DNA of 60,000 nucleotides. It comes from Lytechinus pictus. Taxonomy: Eukaryota. Location of the stretch: NCBI RefSeq assembly GCF_037042905.1, contig NC_087251.1, positions 26,600,001-26,660,000 of the forward strand, read 5' to 3'. Positions 26,255 to 38,601 of this stretch are shown here, one piece after another. Every line of letters begins with the position of its first letter. Positions within the stretch are counted from its first letter, which is position 1. The notes below the pieces were generated by a model that was not told where the DNA came from, made no database searches, and saw only the letters and a list, made by a program, of their open reading frames with translations. The position numbers and the translations under genes are program-made.

Positions 26255-27938
26255 GAATGAGTGTTGCCGATACAATAGCCTAATTGCAAGGTTCGGCATT
26301 AGCGGCCACCAAAAATTTACCTCGGGCAACCAATAATTTGTAAAGTACCGGTAGTGCAATTTTTTCCTGATTTTGCTTGCATTTATGAACTTTCTACAGT
26401 TCAAATTGCAAGCCAGTTCGTCATGCGTTCTTTTCCCTGATCTACACACACACAAAGTTTGCATATTCATGACAGTACGTACACATACCGCTATAGCACT
26501 GCTATCAGCCGGTCGGCATGAGCTTCAGGGAATAATTTTGCTTTACAAATTTGAATAGCATTTTTGGTCATAAGAGATAAGCTCTCAACTAAAGTAATGT
26601 ACAGTCCTATGTAAAATTATGCTATAGGCCTACAAAAGACTTTATGCGTAGCAGTCTTTAAAAAATATGGAGCAAATTGCGATGCAATACCAGGAAAATT
26701 ATTCCCTGAGCTTAAAGCCACTGCAGCTAGCAGCCTAAAGACTCAGTGATCTGCGATACCAAATATTGTTGCTAAGAAATCTTTTAAGGAACTTTGAAAA
26801 TCTAAGTCAAAGTAACATTTAATGAACCACCCTTCTACAATCCATATTGCTAAAATCTGGTGTAGGGGAGATTGGGGTTAGTTGGAATGCGGGGTAAGTT
26901 GAAACATTGTAATTTTCTTTTAATGCCTTTAAATAAATTTATGCAATACTGCCACCCAATTCATTGCCATTATCAACAGCCATCCACCATATTACAGACA
27001 ACACATGTGCAACAAGCCTGGTAAAGTTAGAAAGGAATTTTTGTTTTTTCACCTTCTGAGTAAATTTTTTTCTCTTTCAGAAATTTTTTATTATCTCAGA
27101 GAAGTTTATAGATCAAGTTGGCCAGTTTAGGGGTATAATAAACACTTGTACCAAGCTACAAAATAAGGTTATTAATAAGCCATAGTGAAGTCCCTAATTT
27201 GTGCTGTAAGGTTATTTTGAAATGGGCCTCTGGGGTTAGTTGAAACAAAATTGAAGGAACATGTTCCAACTTACCCCAATCATTATCATGAATAAAAACA
27301 ATGGATATGAGAAAAAATATATATGTACAGTATTTCACACTCTTTTGAACATGTCTTGTAAGCCATGCTTGTTATGTTTCTCAGTTAGGTATAAGTGCGC
27401 ATTTAGAGTCTATTGTAGGCCCCTAAATGGCCCTAATGCAATATCATTAACCCTTATCGAACGGGGGGGGGGGTGGGTCAATTTGAGCCCCCCTGGACAA
27501 ATTTCGTCACTACGCCATCGCCAGAAATTTTTTGACCGCACCACTCGCTGAGACCCAATTTGCGATGCCCAGGTGCGCGATTTCGAAATTACACAACATA
27601 TTGTACATGCATGTCAGACCCAAAATTGCTCAAAAACGTGATTCCATGTACAAGGTCAATGCAAATTGTGTTTTTCAACCAAAAATCATAAATATAGGAT
27701 TATTTTTACTTTTGTTGGTCCAAATGGATTTATTTTAAGCTATTTATGATTGCAAAAGGGTTCTCGACAAAGTTCATAAAAAAAAAACAATAAAAAACAA
27801 AGAAATACAAATTCAAAAAACAAAAAGTACATTAAAAAATTATATTTTTTGCAATTTTTTGTAGATTTTTGTTATTAATGTAACAATTGATACTCTCACC
27901 AAAAATGAGCATTCTACTAGATAAATAAGTTGAGTTAA

Positions 27939-28538
27939 AGGACAAGTCCACCCCAACAAAAAGTTGATTTGAATAAAAAGAGAAAAATCCAACAAGCACA
28001 ACACTGAAAATTTCATCAAAATTGGATGTAAAATAAGAAAGTTATGACATTTTAAAGTTTCGCTTCAATTCTCAAAACAGTTATATGCACATCCTGGTCG
28101 GTATGCAACTGAGGAGACTGATGACGTCATCCACTCACTATCTCTTTTTTTATTTTATTTGTATAATTTTCTCCTCACTGTCAAGTGAAACAATGATTAC
28201 TAGTAATTCCTCTCTGAACATGTATGTAGAATTTATAGCATTGTTTAATGCTATATGGTTCAGTCAAGTTGGTCCGTGTTGTCAAATCTGTAAAAATGAA
28301 ATATTGTATAATTCAAACAATAAAAAAACAAAAGAAATAGTGAGTGATGGACATCATCGACTGACTCATTTGCATGTCACTGAGTTATGCATATCACTAT
28401 TTGTGAAAAATAAGCAAAACTTTAAAATGCCATATCTTTCTTATTTCACATCCAATTTTGATGAAATTTTCAGTGTTATGCTAGTTTGATTTTTCTCTAT
28501 TTATTCAAATCAACATTTTTCCGGGGTGGACTTGACCT
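27939..28538. mobile_element. ~600-bp Kolobok-type MITE with long imperfect TIRs
   Basis: ttaa|aggacaagtccacccc ... ggggtggacttgacct|ttaa; same family as 45657-46259. Confidence 0.85.
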
Positions 28539-29044
28539 TTAAGGCAAAAACATACACACAAAAAAAATTTAGGCAAATTTAATATGCTTATTTGCAAAAT
28601 TAATTAATTAAAAAATACAAATGTATTTGATTCAGAAGTACATGTACATGAAATTGCTGATACACTTGAATTGCATGTAAAATCAAACCCACAAAAATAC
28701 GCGGAATTCTACTACACAGCCGGATTGCATGAGTGGCTGTTTAAATAGAAAACATAAAGTTCAACAAATCAGAATACACACCTTTAATATTTTGAACTTG
28801 TATTAAAAGAGCAAATAGGCTAAAACCATGTAATATTTGAAAGTAGTTTTGGTGTAATTTTTAATTGACCATGCAGTGTTCCAACTTACCCCATACCATG
28901 TTCCAACCTACCCCGTATATGGGGGTAAGTTGGAACGCTTGCGATGGTCTTGTTCAAGGTGGATTTTTTCAGTAACCATCATAGAGTTAAAAATTTTATT
29001 GGGTACATTACTACATTTGAAGCCCTTAGATATATGCTTTAAGC

Positions 29045-30108
29045 CAGCGCTTCTCAACTGGTGGGCTGCGAAGCTCTCTCAGGTGAGCCGCGAGAAGTTC
29101 CAGAGAAGAAAAAAAAATAGGGGGAAATTATGGTATTTAACATGTTCTATTTAGTGTCCGAAAATGGTATGTTTGATCGGTTTCCGTGGTTTAAACAATG
29201 CTAAAGGCACGCCTATAGGTACATGTAGCATGTTGTGATATACATACACATTGTAATGATGGTCACTATCGATCTAACTTTGATTTGCATGCATATTGTG
29301 TATGTAGTTTAATAATTATCACCCATTCACCGGACCTTTGCAAATGCATTTATTTCTCAAACTGATTGCTTCGAAAGTGGTTGAGAGCTCTATGTTCAAA
29401 TTTCACGAAACATACTTTCATCAAAATGGACCGTGTTTAAAAGCGAAAGGGTGAGGGAGGAAACAAATCTAATGTTGAAAAGTCTCGGAAGGTAGCTGTA
29501 AGAAAAATATGACCATGAATACATTAAATTTCGATCATTACTGCGCAGTGATGTAAAACCAAAAGCAATGTGTGTCGAATGTGCTGAAGTTATTGTCAAA
29601 TAAGGCGCTTAAACCGTCAGAGCTTCAGAGACACCTAAACATAAAACATCTGAAGAGTGCAGGAAAGCCAAGAGTGTTTGGAGAGAAAAGGGCTGGATTT
29701 AATTCACAGCAGAACACTTGGGTACAGATATTTCATGACCAAGAAAAAAAAGAAATGGAAAGAAAAGAAAAGGGATAAGGGTGAAATACGATATAATTTT
29801 TTTGGTGTCAAAATCTATCACAAACCTGGATTTTTGTAATAAAAATGTCGAAATTTTTGCATGCTCACCATGCTCGTTCGCAACATTTTATCAATTGTAC
29901 GCAATATGCCATATAAAGCCCCCTCAATTTTTTGGCTCATTACGCCACTGCAGCAGAAGATCATAAAGTTACCGTACGCACTAACATGCTCTTTATAATT
30001 GTCGAGACAAGTAGTCATATCCTTTTAAAAAAAAGTTTGGTAGGTGGGCCTCGAAAAAAATCTGAGAGTCAAAGTGGTCCTTGAGTAAAAAAAGGTTGAG
30101 AAGCACTG
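29045..30108 (+). mobile_element. Internally deleted hAT (Buster/Charlie) element with a decayed transposase N-terminus (~29426-29700)
   Basis: 8-bp TSD ctttaagc; TIR cagcgcttctcaac / gttgagaagcactg; remnant RKYDHEYIKF...PKAMCVECAEV/LSNKALKPSELQRHLNIKH...KP is the ZBED5/Buster-type BED finger pattern. Confidence 0.85.
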
Positions 30109-31060
30109 CTTTAAGCTGATATATTGATTGTTTCTCAAATAAATTCTATTTGGATTTTACACCCATTTTTGTCAAAAATGTTCCAACTATCCCCAATCTC
30201 CCTACCCTGATTATCTACAAGCATTAAAAAGAGGAATTATGACCCCTCTTTTGACTCAAAAAGATCGACATCCAAATGAATTAATACACACAAAAACACA
30301 GAGGTGAGTACTTTACAGTCCCATGTGTGCATTTGTATGTGCATTGATACTTGGTTTCTTTTCAAGAAGCCGAGTCTTTTCTAGCCAAAAATAAACAGAT
30401 AATTTTTTCTTCATCGTTTATAAATGACTTCTTAAACAATCTTGAGAAAGTAAATACTTTGGGAAGGTATTTAATTGATAATAAATGTGAATTTTTCCAA
30501 TATTTTGGCAGATATAACTTTTACCCTGCTTCCTAACGTTACTTATCATTATTTAAACGAAAAAAATTGAGTGGTTAAACTATTAATTCCCCTTCCATCA
30601 TAGTGATATAAACGAAATGAAAAATTAACAAAATCCTGTTTGGAATTAGACTGCTACCATTATCTAGCCCCTGGATCCCCAAATATATATTTTTCTAATG
30701 AATTAAATCATTGAACGTTGATTCCCCTGATGACTGCCGCCAGGGAAACCTCCGTATGACTTGAGCGCTAAACCACTTTTGGCTGTCCGCTCTTCTCATG
30801 TGGCGTGCTGACTATACGATGGCGATGCTGAAACTTCGATCCCCATCGAGGACAGAAAAAAATTAGGTTAACAGTATAGTTCTAGACTAGTCATGCTAGT
30901 CTAATGTCTAATGAAATGCACAGTATGATGAATAAACTGGATGGAATAAATGAATGAGTGAGGAATTCTAAGTTATAGGCCTACAGAGAAAACAAAAAGG
31001 CAAAATGAGAACAAAAATATGATGCACATAGGTATATAACATTAGACTTAGAGGGTCATA

Positions 31061-31688
31061 TGGTGAGAGTACCACATATCGACCACCTCTTTTGAAACCG
31101 ACCACCTTGCGCGTGTTAAAATTATTGCGTATTACAAACGATACGCGCGGGAGAGTAGGCGCAGTGTCCATAGAAACGGTATGAATCGATTTTACGAGAA
31201 AATAGTGAAGCAACAAAAAGTAAAAATTTAGTAGAATTAATCAAAATTGTATTGACTAAACCCAAACCCCGCTGAAAAACCAAGAAATCCGATAGGAAAC
31301 GGCTTTGGAACAAATACCCGTCGTCAATCGTCGAATCATGTGCCGGAGCTCGCAGTGGAAGTAGTGAGACGATCATTTAGCATGTTGACATCATAGAACT
31401 GATTTGGAAGAGTAAAAATATTTCGCCACCGCGACAAGAATCGGCCGTAAACTTAGTCAGTGTATCGCGGGTGGTCGGTTTCAAAAGACGGGTGCAAATG
31501 AGCAAATGTAAAATCGTCGTATTTGTTGATATATACGCGGATTAAATCGGAGTCGCCGAGTGAAACATGGGAATCTGATCTGCCCAATTATCTGCACAAA
31601 TGAGACGAAAACTGGGTAAAATTGATGAATATTTTCGCAGATACGATGCTTAGAAGATTAGGTGGTCGATAAGGGGTACTTCCAACCA
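31061..31688. mobile_element. TA-flanked MITE
   Basis: ta|tggtgagagtaccacatatcgaccacct ... aggtggtcgataaggggtacttccaacca|ta. Confidence 0.65.
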
Positions 31689-32376
31689 TACTAGTATTTT
31701 ATTGATATTCCGCCAATTTCATATGAATCATATTTTTAGTGCCTCTTCAAGGCCCTGGCCCACCCCTAATCCCCGCCCCTCTCTCGCATTCAGCTGAGAC
31801 CTGAGACCTGAGTGTAACTGTAACGCCGATATCCGGCGCTGATTGAGCTTTGTTAATGTTATTGCAATATTGTGCGGTCATGCGTGACACCAGTCGCACG
31901 CACGTCTAAAGTTAGTGATAAATTTTCAGTGGGCTGAGCAGTTAATGAGATATGGCGCTTGGGCACGATAGCGAATTTGGCCGCCCATGACATGTTACTC
32001 GTTAAAATAATGACAGAATGTGCTGATAATACGATGCACAAAATTTCAAAAAGAATTTCCTTTAAAAAAAGGCTTTATCAATCATGTTTATGGACAATAA
32101 ATTAAAGTTATTCAATTCAATCCAAACGCCCACAACTTTGTAAAGACAATTCAACGCGTGGTTTGCGTAGTCTTTAAGTTATTCCAAAGACGAAAGTCAC
32201 GAATATTCATATCAATTGTATTGATGTCCGGAACAACTGCGGTGGGGAAAATAATTTCGCAGCACGGCCGGCCGCGCCGGCACAGTCGAGCTTCTTGACC
32301 ATACCGGTATCAATCATTATCAAATCCACTCATTCAATGAACAAGGTTATGATATAACCTAACCCAGGCCAGGGAG

Positions 32377-32478
32377 CCCAGGGGCTTACCGTGTATTTGA
32401 CCATACTCACGGGACTAGCGTGATTTATAAATCACGCTAGTCCCGTGAGTATGGTCAAATACACAGTAAGCCCCTGGG
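32377..32478. repeat. 102-bp spacerless palindrome with one mismatch
   Basis: cccaggggcttaccgtg...gtgattta|taaatcac...cacagtaagcccctggg. Confidence 0.95.
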
Positions 32479-32725
32479 GCTGGGTTTATAGATATAGGCC
32501 TAACCTTGTTCTCAGTTATATCTCCATGTGTGGCAAAATAAGGGTGGCAATGTTTGGCTTATTTTCTCTTTTTTTGGGGGACAAATGCTTGATTTTTTTA
32601 CACTGACAGTTTCCATTACACCTATTCGTAATACAACTTGGCCCTTAAGTAAATTTGATTCTTTAAATTATTTTTTTATTAATTAAAAATAGAGATAAAA
32701 AAATTAAAATTTTCTTGCCATATTA

Positions 32726-33378
32726 TGGCAGTGAGTCCAAACTTCGCGCGTGTCCATACTTCGTGGACGGTCATTATCTTAAAAAATAGCCAATATCCTT
32801 AAAATCTGACATCATCAACGTGAAATTGAAAAGCGACCTAAAATTACCCTTTGGTGTAAGTTTCTTTAGGATGAGTTCAGTATTCATGAAAATATTGGCA
32901 AAAGATCGGCAAATTTGTCACCGTTAGCGCCCGTTTTGAAGAAATCTGATATTCTCAACAAGCATCACGATATCACCATTTTGCAAGCAGAAATCATAAA
33001 AAATGTGAGTTAAATGTGGTACTAACCAATTCTATAGCATTTTGCCATCAATCTGATATAAATATTTCGCTTTTTGAGCTTGAGTTTTTGTTTAAATGTC
33101 CACAAAAACTTTGGTCCGCGAAGTTAGGTCACACTTTTTCTGAACGTTTTCCAGCACAGCGCGCATTCGCCGATCGGAATAGAATTTTGAGATCGCGATA
33201 CCGGCGAATTCCCTTGACCTACTTTACATTTTCGTCCATGATTTTATAGTTTACGATCTTGCCGTCAATGTGGTAACTATTTCTTGAATTGGTTTTGTAT
33301 AATTTATGAATATTTTGTGAAAAAAATTAAACCTGATGAGTATTTTTGAAAAGTGCGCGAAGTTTGGACACCCCATCA
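32726..33378. mobile_element. TA-flanked Tc1/mariner-type MITE
   Basis: Subterminal gtccaaacttcgcgc / gcgcgaagtttggac; the empty site is visible in repeat copy 2 near 34790. Confidence 0.8.
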
Positions 33379-33642
33379 TACTTTCCACCAATAGAGGGCG
33401 TACACAAAATATGCCCAAAATTCAAGTTTTTGAGCGCTCTAGTGAATACAAAAATTATTCCAAGTTTACTAATGAAAAATAAATTGCAACTGTATGGAAA
33501 TAAGTAATTTTGGTCACAAAAGTGATATTTTACTGATTTTTTAAAGTGTGTGCTACCTGTAGATTCCCCACAGCCGGCCACAGGCAGGATGGTTGCAGTG
33601 AACAAGTGATCAAATCAAAATGATTTGAATTTTGAGGCCTAC

Positions 33643-33717
33643 CTTTCCAAGAAGTTTCCATCGTTGTTTTGCGGTACTTTCACAATCTTCAGACCTTCCA
33701 ATTTTGTTCAAAGACAT
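33643..33717 (-). CDS. CAMKMT: CAMKMT coding exon 1
   Basis: ATG at 33717; MSLNKIGRSEDCESTAKQRWKLLGK|gtaggc vs human AARWKLLRQ; phase 0 fits exon 2. Spliced CDS is 1062 nt, 353 aa. Confidence 0.9.
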
Positions 33718-34361
33718 GTTTATATTTTCAAAGACTAGTACAAATCGCTTGAACTATCAATAAAAAATGATCGAAGGCCTCACAGACACAGATAAGAAGA
33801 AGAAAAATTAACACCACATCTGTCAACTAACTATTTAGTCTAACTGGCAATTTTCGGGCGATATCGATATCGCGCCAGCTTCCTCGTATCGTCTGCTCGT
33901 CTGCTCGCGCACAGCTCCAGTACCAAAAAGGATTATTAAAAAAGAAAAGATTAATGAATTCATATAAATTTCATCAAATCTTCAGTATTTTATATGAATA
34001 ATGTCATACCGTACAATTCTATGTATGAACAAATATAATGGTTATAATTTGTTGCTAATTTGTTTGAATGTGATTGAGCAGCAGACGACAATATTATGAG
34101 TAACATTACTAGTAGTTTTCAAAAATAAAAATAAGTATCAAAAATATTTAAAATAATCGTAAAAGACCACATAATAATATATTTATTAGTTGAATATTAT
34201 ATTTAAAAAATAATTTAATGTCATTTTATTCCGAGCAAAGTTAAAAAATATATATTTGAAAATAAATTGATGGCTAAATTACCACAGCGTACAAATGCAA
34301 ACAAACAAGGAAATTCGTAATCGCAAACAGTAACTGCACAATACTCTCGGAAATTTGAACT
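33718..34361. promoter_or_regulatory. Putative bidirectional promoter and 5' UTRs between CAMKMT and the Rossmann-RING gene
   Basis: Divergent ATGs 644 bp apart; small CpG-rich patch ~33855-33915 (gcgatatcgatatcgc palindrome). Confidence 0.65.
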
Positions 34362-34413
34362 ATGGTGAAAATTGCTGTACTTGGCTGCGGCCTAATGGGT
34401 ACTAAAATTGCCG
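34362..34413 (+). CDS. 3HCDH_N-RING fusion gene, coding exon 1 (Rossmann GxGxxG)
   Basis: ATG MVKIAVLGCGLMGTKIA-G|gtaagt; phase 1 fits the next exon. Confidence 0.9.
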
Positions 34414-34533
34414 GTAAGTATTAAAATGTGTTATTGGTTGACATAGTTCCTCTGGCCTGGCTCAGGCTCAAGAACTAGAACTGTCTTAGAAGAAAAGCCC
34501 AGCAACACACGCACAACGACATGAACGACACGG

Positions 34534-35044
34534 CCACTCATTCAATGAACAAGGTTATGATATAACCTTGTTCTCAGTTATAATATCTCCATGTGTGGCA
34601 AAATAAGGATGGCAATGTTTGGCTAATTTTCTCTTTTTCTTTGGGACAAATGCTTGATTTTTTTACACTGACAGTTTTCATTACACCTATTCGTCATACA
34701 ACTTGGCCCTTAAGTAAATTTGATTCTTTAAATTATTTTTTTTCTTAATTAAAAACAGAGATTAAAAAATGAAAATTTTCTTGCCATGTTATTTTCCACC
34801 AATAGAGGGCATACACAAAAATATGCCCAAAATTCAAGTTTTTGAGCGCTCTAGTAGATACAAAAATTATTCCCGAGTTACTAATGAAAAATAAATTGCA
34901 ACTGTAGGCCTATGGAAATTAGTAATTTTGGTCACAAAAGTGATATTTTAATCATTTTTCAAAGTGTGTGCTCTGTACAGCATTGGCATGCCATAGTCCA
35001 ACCTGTAGATTCCCAACAGGCAGGGTGGTTGCAGTGAACAAGTG
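34534..35044. repeat. Copy 2 of the ~510-bp direct repeat
   Basis: Bracketed by the 15-bp direct repeat gacacggccactcat (34527-34541, 35045-35059). Confidence 0.9.
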
Positions 35045-35069
35045 GACACGGCCACTCATACGTAGGTCG

Positions 35070-35688
35070 TAGCCAGGCGGCTTCTTTAGACTTAATCTTA
35101 GTTCTAGACTCCCTAGAGAGTAAAAATCATTTACTAACGTAAGGTCACTCTCATACGAAGCCAGGCCTTCTATCTCATAGAGCCACACAAACGAAGCCAA
35201 AACCTGAAAAGTTTCACCCCGAGATTTCTACTTTCCTTCTAAAAAAATAAAAGATCTAGGCCCTAGACCTAAAAAAATTGTACATGGGATAAAACTTCGT
35301 TTCCGACATTTCTACGCTCTCGTTATTTTTATTTTAAACAAGAATTCATAAAAAAAAAAATCGTAACGATGGGGAAGTACAATAAGAAACAAGATGGCGG
35401 CGTAAACATCGGGCAAGTCTCTTCCGTCTTTTCACAATATTTTTTCATTTTTTTTTATGAATTCTTGTTTAAAAATAACAACGAGAGCGTAGAAATGTCG
35501 GAAATGAAGTTTTATCCCATGTACATGATTTAGGTCTAGATCTTTTAGAAGGAAAGTAGAAATCTTGGGGGTGAAAGTTTCAGGTTTTGGCTTCGTTTGT
35601 GTGGCTCTATGAGATAGAAGGCCTGGCTTCGTATGAGAGTGACCTTACGTTAGTAAATGATTTTTACTCTCTAGAAGCCGCCTGGCTA
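35070..35688. mobile_element. Fold-back MITE with ~250-290-bp inverted arms and TAG...CTA termini
   Basis: tagccaggcggcttc...ctagagagtaaaaatcatttactaacg... is mirrored at the right end; related end at ~38706. Confidence 0.8.
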
Positions 35689-35795
35689 CTCACACGTACC
35701 GTACCGTATTGCGAGGTTAGTAATAGTACGTCCACGGCCCACCTAACCGAGGTCGAGGGCGAGGGAGCTGCGGCCCGCGAAGGCGAAGCGAGCCG

Positions 35796-37516
35796 GGGCC
35801 TGTTGCATGAAAGGGTCTTTCGTAGAACCATTCTACGTAAGAACGACCAAAAACAGATGTCATTTTATTTTAACTTCTCTGGGCATTGGTATGTCCGAGG
35901 GTAATGTAGGCTTTTAAATATGTTTTCTTTTATTCTCCGTCTTATCCCCACACCATTTCCATTAATTTTTTTTTGAAATATTGAAATGGGCGGCACTATA
36001 TCTCTCTGACCCCTCATGCTTTCTCATTATAGATAATTAAACAACATGAAAACAAATTTCTTTAAAAGAAATTATGTAAGGTAAAAAACGTGTATATAAC
36101 GTTCATCAAAAAAAAAAAGAACGATACAAAACTAAAATGTTAAACATGGTAATTTATTTTTATTTCATTTTCATTTTCATTATAATTATTTTTTTTGCTG
36201 AGATAATTTTAATCAATAAATATTAATTGTCGGATTTGGGCTAACTTGAGATGTGAAACAGTGAAACAAAACAAAAAATCTGCAGTAACAAAATAGCTAA
36301 TTGAATTTAAGATACAGATTAGGCCTATAATTAATAGCTTACGAATACATCAAAATTATTACAAATGAAGATAAGCTAGTTCATTAAAGAAAAGATTATG
36401 GAAAGTCCATACGAAGAGGCGCATTTTAAATCGTAGGGTAGGCCCCTTTCGGCCCCTATGTAATGTTAAAGCAATAATGTAGTCTCTATACTCCTCAACT
36501 TTGAAATGTTGAACATATATATTTTTTATATTATTCTTAAACCTTATATTCTTATATAAGCTTCCATAAATTAAGTAATTAACTGTAAAGATGACCAACG
36601 TTTATGATCATTGTAATATTTAGCATCATTATTTCTGTAAATAGTATTTTTTTCATTGCGGATTACACACCTTTTTCTATGTTTCTATGTTTCTATGTTT
36701 TAATTGTTATTGCAAAGCACTACTTTATCCACTTGGACATGTTTGCAGCAATTTTCATATTTTCCTTGTCTTCAGTTACTCATCATGCAACTGAGGTATG
36801 TTTATACTCTAAACACTCACATTTGTATTTCTTGCGTTATATCTGACAAATAAAATAAATAAATTCGATTTTTCACAGGCAGCCTCTCATATTTTCCTTT
36901 TTAGTCTCATACAATCAGACACTGTTGATTTTGTTTACTCCATTCAAACCCTATTTTTACCTCAACAGATAACATATTAACGCATAATTTGCAAAATCAT
37001 CATTATATATGATTTTTATAAAAAAATCAGTATATTGAACTAATAAAATGTCGAAATTACTTAGTTAAATCAATTTTTATGTCGGACAAGGGTCTCTTTC
37101 GTTGAAATATCAATGAAAGGTGTCTCTAAAAGGACACCGTGTTCTAAATGAGGGAAATAATGAAAATTTCGATTTTATCCAGTTATGTTTGTGAATCTTG
37201 AAAGTTTTTTCTCTTTTTACCTCATAAAGTACGCTCCATACATCAATTCTACAATCAGTAATAAATAAAACATTTGATCCCCTTTTATTGAAATATATGA
37301 TTTTATGAAAAGTCGTCATTCCGAAATAAAAGGTTCAGGTGACGATGAAGACTAAATATTTTTCCGATACTATCGATATCAAACGATGTCGCGGACTTGA
37401 AAGACAAAATTGCCTTCGTGAAACGGAAAGCGCTGATTTGTCGCCAATCTTCCTATCTCGGAAGAATGGTCCTAGGACGTTCCTACGTATCGCTCATCTC
37501 GTCATGCAACAGGCCC
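35796..37516. mobile_element. Non-autonomous PIF/Harbinger-like element
   Basis: ccg|gggcctgttgcatga ... tcatgcaacaggccc|ccg, 3-bp TSD. Confidence 0.7.
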
Positions 37517-37557
37517 CCGGATCCCAGGACTCGTACGTGTGTTACGGTCTTAAACTG

Positions 37558-38601
37558 ACTAGGCAGACATATACTCTCCAAAATGAGGTAGAATGGGGTC
37601 ACAATAGCACTCCAGGAAAGAGTTCCATATGCACCCCCGGTAATAGACATGATAGAAAATCTGAGGTGAACGAACCGGAATTAGAAGTCTGGAAGTCTCA
37701 ACAATCTTTTGTTATTTTTGGTGGGGGTGTATATCAATCATATGGAACTCTTTCCGCACACCCCACCAAAAATAACAAAAGATTGTTGTTGAGACTTCCA
37801 GTTCGTTCACTTCAGATTTTTCTCTATCATTTTTTCACTGTTGCTTACCTTAGTTGGGACTCGTCTCAAACTCAGCTTCGTTTTATCTGCAGTCAAGACC
37901 TCTTCCTGCTAGCCTATGCTAGCGAGAAGCACTGATACCGGAAGGGGTATTTTAACGATTATCAGCCGATATTTTGACTTGTCTAGACTAACAGACCTTT
38001 TAGTTTTACTGACTAAATAAACTGATGTCTATGGACAATAATATAACACGCACTAGATCCTGATCCTGTTCGAAATTTGACGGAATAAAGCCATATTTTG
38101 CTGTATTTCCACTCCTCCATCATAAATGTTCTATATTGAGAGCTAGATATATTCTCAACCTTATCCATGTTTTTATTTTCAATTTTTAGTGGGGGTGCAT
38201 ATGGAAGTCTTACTGCACTCCAAATAAAAGGGGAAAATATAAATTATGCACTTACCTCGATTATATGGACGAAGGTCTATCATGACACAGAATCCTAACA
38301 TTGAGGCACAAACTGGACCCTCACCTCATTCAATAAAAAAAAAAAAAGTTAGACCTCTGTCGCGTTCGTTCTTGATATCGATGAGCGATTTTGTTTTCAA
38401 TTTTGACAGAAGGAGAACGAACGAGACAGAACTTTTTCTTTTTTTTGAGGGTCCAGTTTGTGCCTCGATGTCAGGATTCTGTGTCACGATAGACCTTCAT
38501 CCATATAATCGAGGTAAGTGCATAATTTATTTTTCCCCATTATATGGAGTGCTATTGCGACCCCATTCTACCCCATTTTGGAGAGTATATGTCTGCCTAG
38601 T
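37558..38601. mobile_element. Element with ~56-bp TIRs and two internal fold-backs (~37649-37830, ~38230-38538)
   Basis: actaggcagacatatactctccaaaatg... / ...cattttggagagtatatgtctgcctagt. Confidence 0.7.

Larger units (their letters stand above)
26865..30202. mobile_element. TA-flanked Tc1/mariner(pogo)-type non-autonomous element hosting three nested insertions
   Basis: ta|ggggagattggggttagttggaa ... ttccaactatccccaatctccc|ta; a piggyBac-like left end (ttaa|ccctt) at 27451. Confidence 0.75.
32326..33608. repeat. Copy 1 of a ~510-bp direct repeat (copy 2 at 34534-35044), expanded by two insertions
   Basis: Both copies start ccactcattcaatgaacaaggttatgatataacc and end tggttgcagtgaacaagtg. Confidence 0.9.

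Noticed and set aside
30720..30765. ctgatga-ctgccgccag-ggaaac hammerhead-like string
   Set aside because: No convincing stem I partner and stem II is out of register.
34952..35904. Two ORFs with the identical start MASFVWLYEIEG on opposite strands
   Set aside because: Artefact of the inverted arms of the fold-back MITE.
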